NCBI RefSeq assembly: GCF_004010195.1
Contig: NC_057720.1
Location: 21,661,157 to 21,681,156 of the forward strand
Direction: 5' to 3'
DNA from: Chiloscyllium plagiosum
Taxonomy: Eukaryota
DNA length: 20,000 bases
This document shows, piece after piece, positions 10,096 through 18,613 of this stretch (position 1 is the stretch's first letter; every line of letters begins with the position of its first letter). The notes beneath the pieces were generated by a model. It saw only the letters and a list, made by a program, of their open reading frames with translations, was not told the origin of the DNA and made no database searches. Both the position numbers and the translations under genes were made by a program.

Positions 10096-12804
10096 TGTAT
10101 CTCTGATGTCCGCTTTAAAACCTTTCTCCCATCTTTAAGCAATCATTTTTCTATGTTTCTGACTGAGCCACCTTACCATCTACTTATTAAAGCTTTGATT
10201 TTAGTGAGTCCACTTACACTAGGACAATGGAAACAGCTCAGTTCAGGCAAAGTTGCTCTCAGGTGTGCAGCTCTCCCAGGACTGTTGTCACTTTCTGATG
10301 ATATGGAACCTCTCATTTGTACAATAATCCTTCTGTCTTGTGTTATATCAGATTTTAACTGAAAGCATTTTTTTTAATAACCTCCATTTGTTTAATTTTC
10401 ATTTTATTCCCTGACATCTAATTTATTCCTCTGATTATTCATTTACAGATTACTTATTTGCAGCTTTCTGGTTTAAACTGCTGAGTACTTCCTTCCCCTT
10501 CTGCACTGAATTGTCAACCTCATCAAATTCCTATCACCAATCCATTCAGAAGGTTAACCTGGTTCTGCTTATGTCCTGGCAACTCAGAATACACAACAGC
10601 TAAATTGGTCATCTGAAATGGCCAATATGAGTTTCCAGAGGATTTCCTGTGAAAGAACTTATTTATATCTCATTAATGTTCATTCTAATGGCAAAATGAA
10701 GCTCATGTCCATAATCTATAAGCACAATGAAGACCAGTTCAATTTAGACTAGAAGAGCAAATGAAATGCATTGTAACGTGTTGTATTGGAAAGAATGATC
10801 CAGGCATAATTTCCCATCCAACAGTTACCTTTCATTCCCCAGTGCTAGCAGTCAGTGTCCACAAAAACAACCTACTGCAACAAAGGCACCGTCAGAATTT
10901 CATCCTTCAGTCACAATAGCTGAATGTCAAATATTTTGTTGGCATATTCCATGTGTTGGCTAGTTCACGACGATTAAAATCTGAAATTACCATATTAAAG
11001 TGTTATACTTTATAAGCAGTAGGACGAGAGTTTTGTAATCTAAATTAGAGCTTGAAGCTTATTGACAAAGAACTAACAATGCTTCTGCAATCATTTTTGT
11101 CCTTTTATCTGTTGAAATTTAGGGGCATGTTAATAACAAATATTCATTTATTAGTCAGTCATGTTTGACAGCTTATTTCATGCATGCTTACAGCTTTTCT
11201 TGACAAGTGAATTTGCATAATGCATTATTATGTCTAAATGGAAAAATAAAAGCCTCTGTGTGGTCTGTAAATGGCAACTGCTTGTCAGGTTCATATAATA
11301 TTCAGCAACTAATGGATCTAAATACAGTAACAAGTGAGTCTTACTAATTAACCTTTTGAGTTCAGAATTTTCATTTCCGCATTTAAAAATATATGTAGTT
11401 GTATTTTTATCATATCCAAAATAATGTTCTGTATTGCATTTCAAGAGGAAATCATGGTAATACAGGAAGCTATATCAGTCTTCTTCACATAAATTGAAAG
11501 CTCGCACTCTCGTTCCTATCCGATACAACTGCATGTTACATGATCTTAGAGGATTCTGGTTGGTTGCAATTGACTACAAAACAGGTTGTCATCAATTATA
11601 GTAATGCTGGAATACTTTTAGCCATTTCGTCCCAAAAATGAATTCCTACTTCTAATCTTCCACCAGCTGACTTATACCTTTATACTATTTAGAAATATTT
11701 ATGTCTGTTAACACGATTGTTGTTCAGACCAGGCATTGATGCAAATCTTTTCAGAAATCAAGGAACATTACGTTTCACTGATTATATTTAATATCAAATG
11801 ATTATTCTTTCAGTTCTTGAGGGGGAGGACCATCTGTATTCACTATGGATAAACCAGGTCAATATAAACAATCTCCAAATCAGGTGCAACATGAGCAGGT
11901 TTATGAGTGTTGAGATGGATTTCACAAATATGATTTTTCCAGCTGATTTCATTCTGTGGTGATTTAAATTCCAGGACCCAAAGATGAAAGGTTTATTTAT
12001 GATCAAAAAATAAATTTCATTATCTTCTTAATACATGTGAATTCCAATTGAATGCTTTGTACTATTTGTATTCACCACAGTTCCTCATATAAGGAATTAT
12101 ATTGAAAATGCGTACTCCTTAATTTGGTATTTAGCTCACAATGAGTTAAAGTTTCACAATTTATGTAACAGTTCCCTTGGCGTTGTTAAATAGTACAGCA
12201 CATCTCTAAAAGGATTCGCGTTAGCTTGCTATTAAATTGTCCCTGTTCTCTAAGAAGAACCATTTCTCTTCATTATCCAGCAATTCCCAATAGAGCTATC
12301 ATTTTACAACATATCATTTCACAATATCTACTCCGACAATTTTTTTTTGTTATTTTAATCCCACTCTTTCAGGTAGTCTTACATCATTCGTTAGTGAAGA
12401 ATGTGCATGTGGGCCATCTGCTGTGGAATGTCTGCTGATGTTGTTTTGTAACAGGTTGCTTGGAGGTGTGCAAGAGTCATCAGATTGACTTGTGTTTCAA
12501 TTATCCCTTTCTACCACTTACGCCAGCTTAGGATGTTAGTCTGATATATTGGCAATGCTCAGAAGCTCATTTTCTGGGGAAACTCTGATGGGCCTCACTA
12601 TGTCTGGAATCTCAATGAGGGAATTGCTTTGTATGGAGTCTCTGATGCCAACTTTATTTCATGGGGTGTCTCTGACAGTGGATGGGAAAGCAGCTTTGTG
12701 TACGTGAGTTAAATCCCTTAAAAATAAAGATGGTTGAGATCCCAAAATCATCCCAGTCTCTTCAGATTTCACCTGGGCTAGTTTGGTCAGTCAGTAACCC
12801 CTTT

Positions 12805-13094
12805 AGATTAGATTAAATTACTTACAGTGTGGAAACAGGCCCTTTGGGCCAACAAGTCTACACCGACCCGCCGAAGCGTAACCCACCCATTCCCCTCTTT
12901 ACCTAACACTACAGGCAATTTAGCATGGCCAATTCACCTTACATGCACATCTTTTGGACTGTGGGAGGAAACCGGAGCACCCGGAGGAAACCCACGCAGA
13001 CACGGGGAGAATGTGCAAACTCCACACAGTCAGTCGCCTGAGTCTCTGGCGCTGTGAGGCAGCAGTGCTAACCACTGTGCCACTGTGCCGCCCA
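12805..13094 (-). mobile_element. tRNA-derived SINE (HE1/V-SINE-like)
   Basis: Highly similar to 6043-6320, with an (AATCT)n tail at 12805-12820. Possible 6-bp TSD CCCTTT at 12799-12804 and 13095-13100. The B-box region appears deleted. Confidence 0.92.
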
Positions 13095-13464
13095 CCCTTT
13101 GGTGCTGTTGAATAATTAATTTACATATTTAATTAGGGCATTGGGTTGTATTTTAACCAAGGATCGAGGATTCCAATGTATCAGTCAGTAGATCTATTTC
13201 TCAAGCTGTTGGCAAATCACCAGGCTCCCCAAGGTGAGGGCATAGCAGGGATTGACAGTCTGAGAAGCCTTTGATCAATGAAACTGAAGAGTTAGCCAAG
13301 CAAGAGGCTGTTGTTCACAGCACTCCTTTTCAGACTGTGCTCTCAACGTTTGACAGTGATTGCCAACTCGTTGGAAGCAAATTAACCTGCCGCGAACTTC
13401 ACTCACCCTCAGCTGTACTTCTTTGCTGACAGCTGCATCACAGAATATGAGCTCCCCCTTCCTC

Positions 13465-13608
13465 CCCCAGACCCACAGTCATGTGGCTGACTCTTAACTG
13501 CCCTCTGAACTGGCCGAGCAAGCCACTCTGTTCAAGGGTAGGGATGGGCAACAAATGCTGGCCTGTCCAGTGACACCCACATTGCAAGAAAGAAGAAAGA
13601 AAAATAAG
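13465..13608 (+). mobile_element. 3' fragment of a SINE or LINE sharing the tail of the LINE at 15420-16022
   Basis: GGGCAACAAATGCTGGCCTGTCCAGTGACACCCACATT plus an A-rich end resembles GGCAATAAATGCTGGCCAGCCAACAATTCCCATGTCC at 15965-16002. The upstream body differs. Confidence 0.65.
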
Positions 13609-13679
13609 ACCATGCCTTTGCTTCCACTGTCCAAGAGAATATCCAGTTTGTGGGATCAAATGGGGAGAAATGTTGTGCG

Positions 13680-14034
13680 AAGCTTCATTATCCATGCTGT
13701 TTCAATCTCTTCAAAATCTCAGCCCTCTCTGTATCATTGTCCAGTGTGAAATTCCTCTCAGAACTTTGCATTCTTCCAAATCTGCCTTCTGTACGTCCCT
13801 GTTTCACTATTTGCCCCAATATTGGTGGGTCTATCTTAAACTGTCTAGACTGTGGGCTAGGGCATTCCCTCCATACATCTACCTGCCAGTCCACTTCCCC
13901 GACATCCTTTAAAGAAGCCTTTCAATCTTAAATCCTTGCTCATGATTTTAGTCATCTCTTCTTTGGTTTAAGTTGCATTTTGATATTGTTACGCCTCTTT
14001 GACATGTTAAATGTGCTCCATAAATATAACTTGC
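13680..14034 (+). mobile_element. Decayed L2-like LINE 3' end
   Basis: LFQSLQNLSPL..PLRTLHSSKS-like remnant, and a terminal GTTAAATGTGCTCCATAAATATAACTTG resembling L2 tails. Parallel in layout to 17885-18175. Confidence 0.5.
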
Positions 14035-14765
14035 TCCAGTAGTTTGTGAAGAGCAGAGATTAGATTCAAACAGAAACCAGAGGTTTGTTTTGTGACGTCC
14101 CTACAGAAGTGAAGACAACTTCCTTATATGTGAGTGCAAAAATAACCCACGTTTCAGTGGAACAGGCTTGAAGGATGAACTGATTTTTCTTCTCCTCCCC
14201 TTTGCAAAGTTTGTCAGGAAAGAATGAATGATCTCAGGTAAATGCTGACCTCCTGTCAGCCCAGAACATGTTTGTAACTCAACACCCTTTTCAGAAAGAT
14301 CGACCACTTGAGCATGTAATACATTTCTAGCAAAATAACCGGTCTTTGAATTTTATCCATTTTAATTGTAGTGGAACTATAATTACCTTTCTGCAGTGGA
14401 ATAAATTGTGCTCCATGAATATGAATTTCACAGCATCGCACAATGCAGATTTGATATTCACATCACAAATGCCCATAAACATAGAAAAGGAGCTGGAATG
14501 TATCTTATGGAGCGTTTCTCTCTGTAAGGCCTAATGTGTTGTCTTGCCGTATCTTAACAGATGTGTTATATTTCCTACTCCCTCAGCACTGGCAGCCCTC
14601 TTATCTGATTCTAGCCCTATTTTACCACTCACCGTATCCGAAACAACTCGCTGCTGCCAAAATACCCCAATCTGCTATCCCTAGTGCCAGTGCCACCTTT
14701 AAAAGATCATTCTGCACTCGGACAAGTCAAGTTGTGACTCAACATTGTTGACATTTGCCCTGGAT

Positions 14766-14975
14766 ATGTCAGACATGGGAAGATTGGTAGTGTGCTTAAG
14801 GGTGGGAACCTGGTGGTCCTGGTTGACAGGATGGTAGAGGGGCAAGGTGTCCTCTTCCACATAGACCACCAATGGAGGCCACAACATTAGACAATACCAT
14901 CCTGGCCCAAGGTTGCCATCCGAGTCAGTGCAGTTCTCAGCTATTTGGAGTAAAGTACAGCATTGTAGGAATAAC
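14766..14975 (+). pseudogene. Probable PIF/Harbinger-type Myb/SANT-like DNA-binding domain remnant
   Basis: From 14807: NLVVLVDRMVEGQGVLFHIDHQWRPQH*TIPSWPKVAIRVSAV, then after a frameshift SAIWSKVQHCRN. This fits the LxxLV...VLF...AWxxVAxxVSA...QCRK trihelix/Myb pattern. Recognised by eye only. Confidence 0.55.
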
Positions 14976-14976
14976 A

Positions 14977-15091
14977 GCAGCACAATGGCTCAGTGGTTAG
15001 CACTGAGTGGCAGGGACACGAGTTCGATTCCAGCCGTGGGTTACTGTCTGTGCAAAGTTTTCACGTTCTCCCTGTGTCTGTGTGGGTTTCC
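14977..15091 (+). mobile_element. tRNA-derived SINE, 5' half only
   Basis: A-box TGGCTCAGTGG at 14986-14996 and B-box GTTCGATTCC at 15022-15031, then TTCTCCCTGTGTCTGTGTGGGTTTCC as in the other SINE copies. Confidence 0.85.
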
Positions 15092-15199
15092 ATGACTGAA
15101 TCTTTGAAGAGAAAATGAGGTCTGCAGATGCTGGAGATCAGAGATGGAAATGTGTTGCTGGAGAAGCGCAGCAGGTCAGGCAGCATCTAGGGAACAGGA

Positions 15200-15236
15200 G
15201 AATCGACGTTTCGGGCATTAGCCCTTCTTCAGGAAA
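15200..15236 (-). ncRNA. Minimal hammerhead ribozyme motif (PLE-type)
   Basis: Exact reverse complement of the + motif at 15241-15277. Confidence 0.7.
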
Positions 15237-15240
15237 TCCA

Positions 15241-15277
15241 TTTCCTGAAGAAGGGCTAATGCCCGAAACGTCGATTC
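15241..15277 (+). ncRNA. Minimal hammerhead ribozyme motif (PLE-type)
   Basis: CUGAAGA(15245-15251) A GGGC-UAAU-GCCC GAAA(15265-15268) CGUC. Helix III is the palindrome ACGU with a GUC cleavage triplet (C15272). Helix I is weak (UC/GA). Confidence 0.7.
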
Positions 15278-15419
15278 TCCTGTTCCCTAGATGCTGCCTG
15301 ACCTTCTGCGCTTCTCCAGCAACACATTTCCATCCATGACTGAATCCCTCATTAACAACATTCTGAGGATTGCTACTGATCAGAAACTCAGCTGGACACA
15401 TCATACAAACAGAATGGCT

Positions 15420-16022
15420 GCAAGAGCAGGTCAGAGGCGAGGAATACTGTGGTGAATAACTCACCTCCTGACTCCCCAAAGCCTGTCCACCTTCTACAAG
15501 GCACGAGTCAGGAATGTGATGGAATACTCCCCACCTGCCTGGATTAATGCAGCTCCAATGACATTGAATAAACTTGACACCATTCAGGACAAAGCAGTCT
15601 ACTTGTTTGGCACTAAATCATCCATCATTCAATCCTTCTGATGCTGTAGCAGCAGTGTGTACAACCTACAAGATGCACTGCAGATATTCTCCAAAATATC
15701 CTCACACAGCACCTTCCAAACCCACAGCCACTTCCATCTAGAAGGACAAGGGTAGCAGATACATGGGAACATCACCACTCCCAACTTCCCCTCCAAGACA
15801 CTCACCGTCCTGACTTGGAAATATATCGCCATTTCTTCACTGTCGCTGGGTCAAAATCCTGGAATTCCCTCCCGATGGACATTGTGGGTCACCCCACAGC
15901 ATACAGACCACAACGGGTTCATGAAGGCAGCTCACCACCATGTTCACGAGGGCAACTACAGCCAGGCAATAAATGCTGGCCAGCCAACAATTCCCATGTC
16001 CCACGAGTGAACAAAATAAAAA
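15420..16022 (+). mobile_element. CR1/L2-clade LINE 3' end, decayed
   Basis: Translates to LLTPQSLSTFYKARVRNVMEYSPPAWINAAPMTLNKLDTIQDKAVYLFG and FTVAGSKSWNSLP (C-terminal ORF2 motifs). A-rich end at 16010-16022. Confidence 0.85.
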
Positions 16023-16669
16023 GCCAGGTTGTTAAGATGCTGCCCATTTTTACTGGTGCCTTTGGCACACCTAAGCATATTTCACTTGAACACACTTAAC
16101 TTCAAAGGAGATTTCCAACCAGCTGGTGTTAGATACCTAACCCAGACTACCTTTTTTTAAATGAGAATATGTTTATCTCAAAAGGTGCAAACTGCAGACA
16201 TGTGTTATGAGTGATACCCACAACAGACACTTGATTCTGCTAGGATCATCTTTGGGTAGATTTGCTGTCACTAACCCTTCTTGTAATACTAGTCTACGTG
16301 GTCACACATTAATTGGTGAAGAATTAACTCCAAATATATCTTCAGCACAACAGTCACATACATGAGCAACAAGAAGTAGTTTACTGTATAATAGTAAGAT
16401 AACAGGTTATGTTAGTTTAAGACAGGTTAACTACATTAACACTAGCTTAGGGACATTGCTATTTACAACAGATCATAGCTAGATCTATGCTACATGGCTG
16501 TAGCCTGTGGAACTGACTAGCTCATCTCAAAGACAGCCATTTATGAATCGGTGGGTGGAGCTTTTCCAAGTTAATCTTTTAACTTGGAAATCCATATCTG
16601 CAAACAGAATTCATCAGAATTCCCTGCATTTGATGGTGGCTGTGGTTGGGGGAGTCTCAGTCAAATCCC

Positions 16670-16969
16670 TCGAACTCAGCACTGCCTTCCTAACCTGCAA
16701 TCTTCTTCCTGACCTCTCCGCCCCCCACCCCACTCCGGCCTACCACCCTCACCTTGACCTCCCTCCACCTATCGCAATTCCAACGCCCCTCCCCCAAGTC
16801 CCTCCTCTTTTATCTTAGCCTGCTGGATACACTTTCCTCATTCCTGAAGAAGGGCTTATGCCCGAAACGTCGATTCTCCTGTTCCTTGGATGCTGCCTGA
16901 CCTGCTGCGCTTTTCCAGCAACACATTTTCAGCTCTGATCTCCAGCATCTGCAGTCCTCACTTTCTCCT
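16670..16969 (+). mobile_element. Penelope pLTR (solo), same family as 15103-15332
   Basis: C-rich pLTR body, then a segment closely matching 15241-15330, plus the full tail CTCTGATCTCCAGCATCTGCAGTCCTCACTTTCTC. The 5' boundary is approximate and no TSD was found. Confidence 0.88.
16840..16876 (+). ncRNA. Minimal hammerhead ribozyme motif (PLE-type)
   Basis: AUUC CUGAAGA(16844-16850) A GGGC-UUAU-GCCC GAAA(16864-16867) CGUC GAUU. Confidence 0.7.
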
Positions 16970-17499
16970 CGGAAGTGTAAATGGACCCTCCTTCCCTACG
17001 AAGTGTGTTCCACCACTCCTTTGCCTAATCTCCTACAATGGCCTCTCAAACCCCAGCCCCGTCATCCTCCTCACCAGCTTGGCAACTGGCAAAATACCTA
17101 AACCCTGCCCCAAATCCCAAACAACATCGTATGCCTCTGGCACAAAAAAAGTGGAAAGCTGCCAGCTTCCTGTTTCTGAGGGTCAGAAATTAGGCGTGCA
17201 GCCTAATGGCTACAGACCAACCAGAGTTCCCTTAGCCGGTTCACCCGGGTGCCCTGTTAGCTGGGATGTGGGGCTGCGGCAGAAGTGCCATGGTGGTGGT
17301 CTTGGCAGGGAATCCAGCACCTCATATAATTTATCTCAAGCACACACACTGGATTTTCCTCTCTGCCATATTTTGTTTGGCTGTCATTTCTTCCGAATTT
17401 CTCATTTTCCATAGGTTAGCAAGTGAATGGAATGATAACGAAATGGATGCTATCCTGCATCAGCAACTCTGCTTTAAAACAGAATAGAAATTGAGTGGG

Positions 17500-17795
17500 T
17501 TCTAATTATGCACGTAATCCACTCTGCCAGATTACCACCCTCATTGTGAAGTTGAAAATTATTCTCCTTGAGTGCTCTCTTTTCTCAATCTAATTCTGCT
17601 TCTGGAGCCAAAAATAATGTTGCAAAATTGACCCACAAATTTTGAGTTCATGAGCAAAATACATCATGGCATGTTCTTAGCTGTTTTGAGCAGATTAACA
17701 TCAATTAGCCCCAGTGTATCTGAATTGTTTTAATTAGATTACTTCAGAAGGGCCCAAATGTGACCTACTTTGAATGAGTTTAGATTAATCTGCAA
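17500..17795. promoter_or_regulatory. Candidate enhancer: K50-homeodomain (OTX/CRX/PITX) site cluster plus RORE
   Basis: TAATCC at 17515; AGATTA at 17529, 17692 and 17736; palindromic AGATTAATCT at 17782-17791; TAATTA at 17503 and 17731; TGACCTACTT (= AAGTAGGTCA) at 17761-17770. Motif evidence only. Confidence 0.35.
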
Positions 17796-17884
17796 TACAG
17801 TTACATGTTGCATCATCTTGCAGCATAGGAAAATATTTAGTGAGTGATTCTGCTGCTGTTGCAATGCCTGTAGTGCAAAAGTTC

Positions 17885-18175
17885 ATATTGTTGTTCTCAA
17901 AGCCTTTCACAATCTCACTCCAACCTATCCCTGTGAGCTTCTCCAGCACTTAAAACCATTTGTGATAAACACAATTCCATTTTCAACCTCTTACACTTTC
18001 CTGATTTTATTCATTGTACCATTAGCGGCTGTACATTAAGCTGCCTAAGCCCCAAGCTCTGGAATTTCCTCCTTAAATCTCTCAACATCTCTGATTTTCT
18101 TTAACACGCTCTTTAAAAAAATCTTATCTCTTTCATCAAGCTGTTGGTCCTTTTGTGACAGTGTCAAATTTTTTG
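17885..18175 (+). mobile_element. Decayed L2-like LINE 3' end
   Basis: VLKAFHNLTPTYPCELLQ and PKLWNFL remnants, followed by a TLFK..YLF.QA-like terminus. Confidence 0.6.
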
Positions 18176-18211
18176 TGGTAACTCAGCCTTGAAAACTTCC
18201 TGCTTAAAGTT

Positions 18212-18612
18212 ATTTTTATTTATTCAGGGAATGTGGATGCCACTGGTCAGGCCAATATTTACAGCCCATTCCTAAGTGCCCTTGAGGAGATGGTGGTGAT
18301 CAGCTGCAGCTGAGGTAGACTCACAATGCCATTAGGAAGGGGGGTTCTAGAATTTTAATCCAGAAACAGTGAAGGTACAGCCATATATTGACAAGTTAAG
18401 ATGAAGCTTTGAATGGAACTTACAGTTGGGTGTTGTTCACATGCATCTACAACTGTTATCCTTCCAGAGGGTAGTGCATCACTGATAACTGGTGGAGCAA
18501 GTGAACGCGTGTAGATGTGGTGCTAATCAAGTAGGCTGCTTTGACCTGGATGGTGTCAAATTTGAGTGTTGTTCAAGCAGCACTCATTCAGGCAAGTTGG
18601 GAGTATTCTATG
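18212..18612 (-). mobile_element. CR1/L2-clade LINE 3' end, inverted relative of 15520-16022
   Basis: The reverse complement matches the + copy by eye (GAATACTCCC..TGCCTG, TTGACACCAT.CAGG.CAAAGCAG, CTTCACTGT..CTGG.T.AAA.T), with a T-rich tail at 18212-18224. Confidence 0.8.
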
Positions 18613-18613
18613 A

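Larger units (their letters stand above)
15103..15332. mobile_element. Penelope pLTR-derived near-perfect palindrome with 14-bp TSD
   Basis: 95-bp arms at 15143-15237 and 15240-15334 with 1 mismatch and a 2-nt loop, plus a 40-nt unpaired extension at 15103-15142. Direct repeat TCCATGACTGAATC at 15089-15102 and 15333-15346. Confidence 0.93.

Noticed and set aside
14107..14129. 23-nt micro-exon (..CTACAG / GTGAGT)
   Set aside because: Splice-like motifs only, not frame-preserving, and no recognisable peptide. It would need RNA-seq.
14977..15035. tRNA gene
   Set aside because: The A/B boxes belong to a SINE head, and there is no complete cloverleaf.
15115..15479. Two opposite-strand ORFs with nearly the same peptide
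   Set aside because: This is a direct consequence of the DNA palindrome, with no sign of coding function.
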